A DNA stretch of 64,000 nucleotides, taken from positions 5,074,783 through 5,138,782 of the forward strand of contig CM082580.2 in the NCBI GenBank assembly GCA_040954595.2. Direction: 5' to 3'. Shown here one piece after another: positions 38,650 to 50,300 of the stretch. Origin of the DNA: Balanoglossus misakiensis (Eukaryota; Animalia; Hemichordata). The notes below the pieces were generated by a model, which saw nothing but the letters and a program-made list of their open reading frames with translations, was not told where the DNA came from and searched no databases. Numbering within the stretch: position 1 is the stretch's first letter; every line of letters begins with the position of its first letter. The position numbers were made by a program, and so were the translations under genes.

Positions 38650-38720
38650 GGATAATGTACTCGTGTCGTGCAATCGTTCGTTCAATATCTGAACGATTGC
38701 ACTCCACTCGTACATTATCC
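38650..38720. repeat. Imperfect palindrome/hairpin (possible transposon terminus)
   Basis: GGATAATGTAC..GTGCAATCGTTC pairs with GAACGATTGCAC..GTACATTATCC. Confidence 0.7.
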
Positions 38721-39257
38721 ATTACTTATGCCGCGGTTACTAGTAACCGTGCTTATGCATTGCATTAAACGGGGCAAAAACGACCACACACTCCGTCGTA
38801 ACTTAATTTCAAAGTCATGCATGATTTTCTATGATTCAACATGGCACTTAACATGGGTCATTTCAGGCTGCTTGAAAGTGGTCCTCCAGAAATGCCACTA
38901 AATTTCACTTTGTGGTCAAAGTGCATTTCTGGGTAGGATTTGAGATAAATAACAACAATCTTACATTGGGTTCACGCAAAAAGTGATCGAAATTAATGGA
39001 GGACACTTTTTAAACCCGTAGGTATAGTATATTAGAGATACATTCTATTCCCCATTCTCTGTATTCAACTCGTATATACGAATTATCTATAAAGTGCTCG
39101 CTCGCAACATAATAGCACGATTTTCGCGGCTTCACCGCTCGTGGCGCACTTCGTGTGCCCTGAGCGATGTCTGGCAAGCGAGGCTGCGTTTTGCAGGGCT
39201 CGACTGAGCTCTGTTGTTCAGTGCACAGCTACTCAAACGGTCACATGGTGTCCTCAC

Positions 39258-39559
39258 CTTGTGGACTGGAGAGTTGCTGTAAGATCTCCGCTCGCGTTTC
39301 CCAATGTCCGACTGTCGCCCTCATTTTGCGCCTGATGTAGTGGGACATCGACGTGGGGAAAACAGTCGCGACATTTTCCCCTGTGCAAATCCAACAAATG
39401 TTCAGCAAATTTTCCGTTAGACGCTTTCGAATAGTGGACTGCCTTCGCTTTCTTCCACATTTCAAGCGTATCGTATAAGTAGATTCTGGTTTTGTCCCTC
39501 CTTTTCACCCAAGCGGGTGTCTTTTCACGATCTCCGACACAGATTATGGTCGCCGCCAT
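39258..39559 (-). CDS. Alternative first exon: ZNF653/692-like domain with HxxxCxxC (paralog of 18016-18347)
   Basis: Start context AAGATGGCGGC; encodes MAATII..RRDKTRIYLYDTLEMWKKAK..NGKFAEHLLDLHRGKCRDC.. with phase-2 donor AG|GTGAGG. Confidence 0.72.
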
Positions 39560-39642
39560 CTTGTCTGTTGTTTGACAGCACACTGCCTTATGGGATTGAC
39601 TGTTCATTTCCCCCATAGACAATGATCGATGGCCACGGCCAT

Positions 39643-39936
39643 GGTAGCGTTGAGCTAAATATTGCTATTTTATAACTTTCAGCGAGCAGAATCGCTTTAA
39701 GTACAGTCAGAACAAGGTCTGTTTGTGCACAGGCTAAATTTTCGTCCCGGCAAGTCCATTGATTCTTTTCGGGAGGTCAAAAATAGCGCCCTCGGTGGTG
39801 ATTTTGATAAAATTCATGCCAAAGTGTTGGGAATTTTGAACGCATCTCAAGATGCTATTTCCAAATACCCTACATATGATCTGGTAAATCCTACTGAACA
39901 TCAACTAAGGTCTCAAAATATTAGGCAATGCACTAC
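39643..39936. mobile_element. Interspersed repeat/MITE copy 1 (GGTAG..CACTAC ends, Kolobok-like)
   Basis: Highly similar to 44671-45031. Confidence 0.65.
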
Positions 39937-40978
39937 TTTTTTATGAACTGTAAGTTGTACTGAGCGACTAGTAGCTCTGCTTGGCACATGATGGTCACCA
40001 ATAGTGAAGTATGCCTTGCTTCCAATCCCGAGTTGCAACAAATAAAAATGGTGACGCACTTTGAACATCCCTGGTTCAGAAGTCATCGGATTACAATCAA
40101 AGTACACACACACACACACTGTTTAAGGGAGCCATCATTATTTATGGCCTGGGGACACAAAGGAATATGAGAGGGGTCTCTCAAAAATGGAAAGCAGGAA
40201 GGAGTAGGGTTTCAAAATAAAGCGAAGAGGAAGAAGGTGTGATTCAACCTGATTACTGAAGTAGACTAGTGAACATGTTTGTACTGGGCTCATGCTGTAC
40301 ATGACCACAAGGCTTCCCATAAAACTCATGGAATTACACACATAGTCTGAGCCTAATGTATATTTGGTCTGATTATAGCACGAAGCTGCTGGGCCCCCTT
40401 ATCACTATTGATGGTCAAGTCTAATGAATACACCATGCACCTGACCTGTCAATTTTTAATGTTAAATGTTTTCACTGTATCTGGAAGAAAAACTCTGTAA
40501 TGTTTACAAAAAGAATATTGTCTGAACCATTTTCTTGCACAAGTTAACCCAAAACACATGCTTCAGATTGGGTTTTATGTTACATGAAAACTTCAACTCT
40601 ACCTAAAATCAACTCTGATGTAATAACATGCGAGAAATGGATATCTGGTGAAGCACACATACCTTTACAAATTAGTGGTCATTTTTATTTCTATTACAAA
40701 ACGTGCAGTGAAGTTAGCTGCTATTTCCTTACATGCCGCATTATGATTGGTCGGTTTATAATTAGTTTGGAGCCAGGTGCATGACCTGCACTGGTTGATG
40801 TTTTGATGGAGGGGGTGTCATTGAAAATTTGTTAGAAATGGGGGGGGGGGGGGGGTACTGAGATTCTGCATGCTTGGCGGGAGAGGGTGTTACTCAAAAT
40901 TTTAGTTTCAAGTGAAAATCCTTCAACCCCCCCCCCCTCCCCCGGCCGTAAGTAATGGCGGCTCCCTAAATCACATAC

Positions 40979-41190
40979 CAGTCGATCAGGAACGTTGCAA
41001 CTTGATGGTGCGTTTTCAACGAGCGTGTTCGTTTTATATGATTCCACCGACCGATTTCAGAAAATATATTTATGCTGCCTGCTTGTTTTCGGGCCCGTGC
41101 ACGCTTCCGTTCTGTCTCACTCAACCGAGGACGGCCACGCGTCCGTTTCTGTTCCGGACCCACATGCAGGTCCAGGGTGGACTCCGCCAT
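40979..41190 (-). CDS. Alternative first exon: AT-hook plus ZNF653/692-like N-terminal domain
   Basis: Encodes MAESTLD..KRTRGRPRLSETERKRARARKQAGSINIFSEIGRWNHIKRTRSLKTHHQVATFLIDW and ends in the phase-2 donor TG|GTATGT. Confidence 0.72.
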
Positions 41191-41892
41191 TGTTGTTATT
41201 GTAATATTTAATTTGCATAATGCGTAACGCCCTACTTTTTCAAGTAGGCCTCATCAGTCTACTCCGGACTGTGGTGGCGCCCTTGTTATCTGCTAAGATC
41301 GAAAGATAAAATCCCGGGATAAAATCAACTTTTGGCTGTTTATGTCGCCCATACGACATACAGGATGAGCAGACAAGAGTAAAAAAAATCAGCGTAGATC
41401 TTGAACGTGTCGGCCGCCGGTTGCCTAATGTCACATGCGGGGTAATGACCCGGGGTTGTGGTTCTCATAATTTATCTACTTGTTACGTATGATGTGTTTA
41501 CAGAATTAAAGGAAGGTAATCTTTTTTGCGAGCTTCCCTAAAGAAAAAATAATGACGAACAAGATGGGACCCAAGTGTTTATTGTTTGCACGACGAGATA
41601 GGGCACACCCCAGGGAAATAAACCACCGAAGCGGGAAAACGACAAAATACTTTATCGGTGACCGAAGCCTGCAAAGTGATCTAAATCATATTTTCTGACA
41701 TGTTTGGTCATTTTAGTTCCGGGTTCGAAACCCCAAGCATTTCTTTATTCAATTTCTTCCGGGTGGTGGTGGTTCCAAGACGTGGTGCTCCCAAGACAGT
41801 GTGTCAAAACTGCTTGACTGCGTTAACCACCGACATTTTCGATAGATTGGAACACGTAAGGAGTGTAAACCTACGGTGGGCATCGGGCATCT

Positions 41893-44308
41893 ATGTCTGT
41901 GCGTACAATGACTGGATATCATACCCGTCTGTCATGTTTTATTGTGTATCTCTTCGTCTTGCGACAGTCAGGTAAGCAGATTACGATGGTGGTGGTTCAT
42001 ATATGTTTGTCCCGACTGTTTTTCTCCATGCAAACGAAGCCTCTTTTTAAAAGACTTATCACGCGAATTACAATCATTCCGAATGTCAAATTTGATACAA
42101 TTTCGCCTCGTCTGGCATTAAAAACGATATGGTGTGAATCCTTACTTTTGATATAGATTTTGAAAGTTGCCTTGAGCGAAATATGGGGAAAAAAGCTTTT
42201 CAAGGAGCATACTACCTAAAAAAAAAATTAAGTTCTAATACTGCCCTGAATGTTGTATAGTTTGCGGCAAATACAGTCATCTGCGACATTAGTTGCCGCA
42301 GGACAGGTATATACACGAATATGTTGGGTATTTCGAAAAACTACAGTTTCTGACTGGACTGATTGGTACAACTCAGAGAAGGCTGCTCAAGATCATTTCG
42401 ATTCTGAAAAAATTGAAGATATCCAGCATGTTCATCCAAATCTTGCGTGTGACAACCCAACCGCTATGGATGCAGCCACCGTAGATGGCGTACCTGCACT
42501 GGAAACGGGCGATGTATTTCGCCAGTTCAATTCCAGAGGACTACATTGCCAAAACGAAGATCAAACAAATAAAACATGTGAAGATTATAAAGTTCGTTTC
42601 TGCTGTCCAGGTAGAGCCACTGGTTATTACTGCTGTATCTTGTGCTTGTCACGACAACTGATTCTGAATGAATGACGTCATTGGCATCACATTCGTACGT
42701 GCACACTTTCCTAATGACAGAAGCAACAAAACATAAAACTTGGATGTTTATCAATTTATGTTGTTCAGAGAAAACGTTCTGACAAATAATTCAAACTGCA
42801 AGTGGCGTTTCAGATCCTCGAGTCATTACATAAGCGCATCTGAATTTTTGGTACTGGAGGTAATATACACATTTTGTCAAAATACCAACCGGGTATCCAC
42901 GTTACCTCTGACAACATAGTGTCCACAACATATTGGCGCCATTTTAAATGGTCATTCTTTTTAGGGTCACGCGGAGCAACGACTTGTCTGACTGGGGACT
43001 TTTTGAATCAGTATCCAATCTTGACATCAACTGTTATCAAAATACCAGAGGTACGTGTGACCCATCTTTTGAAAAGCATATAATATTTTGATAGAACTTC
43101 TTGACCTTTGCCGTTAGGCCTACTGCAGAACGGTGCGGTAGTGCGAGTGGGCATAAGTGGAAAAACTGCGAAAGCTAGATAGGTTTTAGACTACCCTAAC
43201 TCCTTTTGTGTATTACTTTTCATAGAATACCAGAGTGGGGGTAGCAATATACAACGTATCTGATTTTCAGCGCAATGAACATGACATGAACGTCAACGCC
43301 ACATCTGTCGAAATTGTTTACGGGAACAAGGTAAATCACGTCGTCCAGTTACATGCAAGCATGCATGCATGTATGTATGTATGTATGTACAGTTTGCCAG
43401 CTCTGAAATGGGGTTCAATAACTAAGCAATGTTTTTACAACTTACAAGTCGTTCCCCACACAACTTATACTTTGTAAATGCGCACATATTCACACAAATG
43501 GACAATCAACTTCATCTAGTCAGGTTACAAGCGATTTTTTTTCCACTGCTTGAGTGATGATAGTGTCATCCACCATGAAATACATGTGTCACAGAAAAAA
43601 AAACCCGCATTTTATGCAAAATCTGAATGCAGTGATAAACAGCACTTTATGTTTGTCAATTTTGTTGGCATCGTCTTCTCTAACTGGTGCAACACATATA
43701 CCTTGTTTTTGTTTCAGTACAATCGCTTTGGTGTTGGCGATGATGACGCTCGAATCCTTGTCGCCGCAATTCTATCAGCAGACATAACGCCCCATTTCAA
43801 CCTGACCATACATGTCACAAGAAATGTAAGTACAAAAATGGCCAAACCGTCAACCTATTATTCTAATATATGCCATCAGTCCATCAGCGAATGACAAGTG
43901 TAATGTTTCAGATGTGTGCTGTTTCTTTAGCTTTTCTGTCCCATCACCGGAACAAGCATACCGTGTGAATTATGAAATAAAGTCACCATGTGAGATTTTT
44001 TATACGTGCACGATGTCGCAAGTAGCAGTTCGATCCCAAACATCTCGGCATTTTATTTGTAGTTTTGTCTTGTTTTACAGAATAGTACTATTGAAGCGTT
44101 TGCATTAAATGTAGAGCTTCAAGATATAGACCAGTGGCCACCATACTATAACAGGACATGTGAATCAAAGGAAAGACCATACGTATGTGTGTCTGTTTAA
44201 TATTTTTTGACATCCATAATGTGTACACACATTGTACAATTTTGTTGTCCAAGCAAAAGGTTTTATTTGCGAAGAACAACTTCACATGACTAATTGTGCG
44301 TGTAATTT

Positions 44309-44349
<41 letters not shown>

Positions 44350-47300
44350 GCAAATGTCCACGCCCGCAACTCTTCAAGATTAAATATTGGCCCTGGTTAA
44401 TGGATTGGAAACTCAACGGAATCTGGTCGTCTAAACACCCGTCTTCCCACCGCACGAAGAACGACCCTGTTACTGACATGAGCAGTTCATCAAAGTGTAA
44501 GTACCAACTAATGTGATATTGTTCCACCTTCAAAGTTTGCATTTGTAACTCAACACCCACATCTACTAAAAAACGGATAACAAGAACACAACGAATGACT
44601 AAAGACATATAATAGCAATTCGATGATCAGTGGGCGCAAGACCTGTAATTCATTTCCCATAAACGACAATGGTAGCGTTGAGCTAAATATTCCTATTTTA
44701 TAACGTTCAGCGAGCTGAATCCCATTAACTGCAGTCAGAACATGGTCTGTTTGTGCACAGGCTAAATTTTCGTGCAGGCAAGTCCATGGTTTTTTTTTTG
44801 GGAGAGGTCAAAATAGCGCCCCCAGTGGTAATTTTGAAAAAAATTATGCCAAAGTGCACAGTCACCTCATCTTGCATTACTCCGCTGTGTACAACAACAT
44901 TACACCACATTCTCTCACACCAGTGGGAATTTTGAATGCATCTCAAAATGCTCTCTCCAAAAATGCTACATATCCATGGTAAATCCTATTGAGCATCAAT
45001 TCAGGTCTCAAAATATTAGGCAATGCACTACTTTTTATACGAACCAGGAAGTGAATTACAGGTCTTGTGCCAGTGGATGCTAAACAAATGGAATTACAGT
45101 CAACGGTGGACAAAACAATAAGCTCCTCTTCTTTCGTCCATAGATATGTGTTGTATTTCTTATGTCACGATCTGTCTTGTCCATGTGGCTTAACTGGGGG
45201 AGGTCGCGTAAATCCTGAGATTGTGTTTCTACGGTGTCCGGAGTACATAGAGTTTGGAGTACCCTGTACTACTACAACGGTAGTATATTATGAGAAACCA
45301 AGTTCGGACACGAAAAAGGGCTGAACACATCAAAAGCATAAAATTAAAGATCCACCCCCCCCCCAAAAAAAAGTACAAACCTTTGAAAATACCTTACAAA
45401 TTCAAACCTTTACTCTGGTCACTCTATTTACTTGACAACGCCATATATCGGCGATAATTCACTGTATCGGTATACTTCTCCATATTCATATGTCCAGTGC
45501 GCCATTAGGATGTGTTGTCGCGCAAAGGATAAAAAACACCGATAACAACAATATTGCAGCTGGCAAAGTCAAGTGTTCCATACACACTCAACTCTGACAG
45601 CAAACGCATTCAACATCTTATTTCAGGCACTGTGCATATGTACTATCCCGTACCTCTTGCGCTGCTTGGAAATAGTCCGGATGATTTAGTGGTGGAAGTT
45701 ACAGACAAAACAACTGGCAATGTAGGCGAGTTGAACTTCCTAACCGAAAGTGAATTCGAAATTTTCCACTTGATCCCACTTGCTCGCTTAGACGTAAGTT
45801 TTTTTTTACCACTGGATTTCAGTGGCCCCTGTAAGCTGATACTCAAACGATAATTTCGTATTCAGAAAATATCCTTTGTGTGCACAAATACGCATTTCTG
45901 CAAAATTGTTCATGTAACCTTGGTTAATAATGTTCAGGACAGATGTTGCATAATAGTACATGATCGTCCGCATCAAAGTATTTATCGGACTAAGTTTAAG
46001 GTGTATGTGCGACGACGTGTGGCTTTTCAAGTGATTTTTTTATTGAATTGAATTGTATTGTATTGTATTGTATTGTATTGTATTGTATTGTATTGTATTG
46101 TATTGTATTGTATTGTATTGTATTGTATTGTATTGTGTTGTATTGTATTGTATTGTATTGTATTGTATTGTATTGTATTGTATTGTATTGTATTGTATTG
46201 TACTGTAATGTATTGTAATTTTAAGAATATCAAACAACTTGTAAATGTTTCCAATGCAAATTCTGAAAACAAACAATTAATAAAACTGTTGATGCTTGTG
46301 TTTTTTCTTGAAATACATCAGACTTTTTATCTTTTCAGTGGAACTTCCCTCCTGCCCGGCATTTTATAGACCTGCACTCTAATAACCGAGATTATATAGC
46401 AGAAAACATGTTATTGGAACTAGTAGTGCGAGGTTTTGACACACACCGAGACTGGATATATGATGTGTCTATTCGGGGACCGAGGATAACGATTCCTGCT
46501 TATGAGTCTTTTCAAATTGCGGTTGTCGGTAACTATGAACTTATCATTGCCATGACTGACTCGACCGTGACATATTCTAACTCTAAACCCCCTGGCTCAG
46601 TCTGTATCTAAAACTGGTCCTTCAACACATCATTCCGTCTATATATCTTATTATAAATCTCAGTTCAGCATTATGCCAATATCATTACGTCCGTTGTTCG
46701 ATGTTAGGCTGTTATTACTTTGCTGATAACACCAGAATATTGAACGGTTTGCGATTATTACAAAGTGTGTAGTCCAGCGTTACATTATGTGTCAAACGCC
46801 CAAGGTCAATATACGTCACACGACGGACTGTGCGCAGCAAATTTGAATAACAGTCACACTGGCATTCATCACACGGGGATGCACATTACCAGGTCTTCAA
46901 ACTGTGCCTTTCAATTTCGATCACAAGGTTGTCCGTATGGAACGTATGGAATTAAATGTGAAAAGGAATGCATTTGCAAGAATGGGGCAACCTGCCACGG
47001 GTGGAATGGTGCTTGTAAATGTGCTGTGGGTTGGCAGGGACCGGCGTGTGACATCCGTGAGTAAAAGCATGTGGATTTGTTTTTTTAACGACAGGTACAA
47101 GACAAAATGCGTATAAGTTTCAACTACTTATGTGTTGCTCATATTGTTAAACCACATTTGTATCACCGATGTGAACCGAATATACCCACGTGGTTGGTCT
47201 GTTATATGTAATGTAATGTAATGTAATGTAATGTAATACTGTTTAACCACGGCTCCAAGTGGTAAAACGTCTCTGTGAGAAATATAGGTGCAGTAAGTTT

Positions 47301-50300
47301 CATTAAATTGGCTGTTGTAATTTCATATCATCTTTGGCAGCCATGGCTCCGAGTGTCCGGCTATTTCCAGAGTCTTCTACTACAGTCCCGATTGGTGGTA
47401 ACATTCTTCTTCGCTGCCTTTTCATAAATATGAAGAGACACCGTTTTGACTGGCAGCATAATGGAGAATTGATCCAAGTAGGAAACAGGATACAAGATCT
47501 GTCTGCGGGGTGAATACGTGTATTAAACTTCTCCTTTTTGGATGGAATTAAATCATGTCCTTATGTGTACCCGAAAAATGCAAAATATCTATCCACCGTG
47601 CATTTCCATTCAACTTTCATTCAATATCTTGAAGATGTTTAAGCATTGCCATCTGCTTGTAACCATGCAAAGGAAAATGTTGCAAGTGTGGTTCTCTCAT
47701 CAGGAACATGGTAAAGAAACTAAATATATCAATGGCAACTAAGTCAGATGCGGGTATATACCAATGCGTTGGAACTGGATATAACACGGGCGACATCCTT
47801 ACTTCTAATGTTGCTGTAATTACAGTGGAAGGTTGGTATATCGGAATGGGAGCGTTACGAGATGAATTGGACGACCAATAGGCCACTTCCATGACCCATA
47901 TATGACCTGACGTCCTTGTACTTCCGTTGGTATGGGGTTGTCAAGGTTGAACATTTGGGACAAGAAACGTGCAAAGAGTCCATTTTGTAATTCAGTGCAT
48001 AATGTTGTGTTGACTTCAGCTGCAATTACCAACGGAAGTACTAGGATGAAAGGGCACATCGTGCTCAGGGGAAAACCGTTAATATAAGGCATAATGTTAA
48101 ATGTACTGAAGATTTTCATTCTTCCCCCTTTACTGGTAATGAAATAATGTGTCCAATTATGCATACCGGTAATGCCCAGGTAGTCGTTTTAACATTTCGA
48201 TCACCATCTGCACCTTCTTGGTTATTTGTGTCTGATAGGTTGCCAGGAAAACTTTTGGGGGCGTAATTGTACTGAGAAATGCGACTGTGTTCACGCTACA
48301 AACTGCACGCGGATTGGTGGATGCCAGTGTCTACATGGGTGGACGGGGAAGAGGTGTAATATAGGTAACTCGTTTGTTGAAGAATCACGGGCTAGTTGTA
48401 ATAACGACACACAAAAGCGTACAGCCCAGGAAAGTACAGAAGGCTAACAGTACAGTACAGTACAGTACAGTACAGTACAGTACAGTACAGTACAGTACAG
48501 TACAGTACAGTACAGTACAGTACAACAGACAACCTGCATAGCACATATAATTATAACAAGATCATCAAATCGGCGAAATCGAAAATAACAACAGTATCCT
48601 GTCCCACACATGTGCCACCAGTATTTATCAATTTCTGAGATGAGGTGAGAATATGCTGGGATATGTGTATGTAATGTACATTTCCCCCCAAACCACATAT
48701 TTTGTAAGCCATGTTACATTATAGTTAATCTTGCCTGTTTTATATTCTCAAACTAGATATTCAGAAACCGTTCATCACCAACTGCCCACATGACTTCAAC
48801 AAAACGGTGAAGTACCCTTCAGGAAGAGCCTATGTATCTTGGCAACCAGTAAGAGCAACTGACAATGATGGCATTGCCAACGTAACATCCTCTCATCTGT
48901 CCGGACAAGACTTTCCAGTTGGCACATCAGATGTCGTAATATCCGTGTTTGATCGTTGGGACAATTCAGACACGTGTAACTTTACGGTGACAGTCGAAGG
49001 TACTATATTTCGCCTTATTTAAAGGGTTTATGACATGCTTTGAAAAGTTTTCATTTTTCCCCATCTAAAGCTCACCTAGGGAACCCGTCTATGCATTGCC
49101 TATTGTGTCGGTTCCGAAAAATGTGCGCGAATGCCGGAATTTGTCCCCTTTTTTCATGCCTGTGATCAGGGAGCCACTTCGCACTCGAGCCAGGCGAAGG
49201 TATTTGCATATGGACAAACAAGTACACTACGTCGTAGTGTACCATTCTGTTTACAGTAAAGTGTAATTAGCGGTCCATGAGTAATTAAGTCCACAGACAA
49301 AGGCAAGCTACATAAACAGTGTTCAAAGCAAAGGAAGCCCTTGCCTAACATTACAGGCAGAGGATTTACAAAGGTGTGAAAGACTTTGTCCACATCAAGA
49401 TAAGTCTTCGGCTTAACATTGAAAAGCCGAAAAAAATCGACTGAGTTGGGTTAGGGGTACACGCCCACCCGCCACTTTTACTTGCTTGTTATCTAAGCAC
49501 AAGGGGCAAAACGCATTGCAAGATAGTAACATACGTTAACTTCAAGACCCAAAGAGTGATTTTACGCGTGGTTGTATAGGGCATGGCATGAGACCTTTAA
49601 ATATGTATCCGATGTTCTAGGGTTAGGGCTTATATTCATCCCTTGACATTTCAGACTTATTGGCTTCGAGAGCCAGTTACCTTTTGGTCAGAGACTAGAC
49701 ACATTTCTCCATGTAACACGCCTGGGTAACTCGAACATATAAACGCTGTGGGCATATTATATATACTTCTGCATATAAGATAGATGTTCCAGTGTTTTGT
49801 ATTGAATCCAGTACATTGATATTGGTTTGCAGCATTGTTTAATGAAGACGACAAAAAATCAGCCATTATGGTTATGGGAGTAGTAATCACATGTTTATTT
49901 ATGCTATTATTGACTATTATCGCGGTGGCTATGAGACGGAGGAGCAAGTCAAGGCAAAGACATCTCTATTCTCGGGTTGAACGTGCAGATAATCTATCGA
50001 AAATTCCGGTAAGGCATAATTAATTAATTCATTCATTCATTCATTCATTCATTCATTCATTCATTCATGTTTTGAGTGAATGTAATTGGCAGAGATATCG
50101 TGGAGCTTATATCTGTCGTATGCCTGTCTTAGAAAATACAATTTTGATAATGCACTTAGCCTTGCTGGCTATTATCTTTTACAGTCTCTTCTAGATTAAT
50201 TCACAAGACGATGTTGTATACAAATAATGACTTTGGGAGGGGATTGTTAAGATCTGTAAAATTCATAAGCATCATGTCTGTTATAGAGACACTTTTTGCT

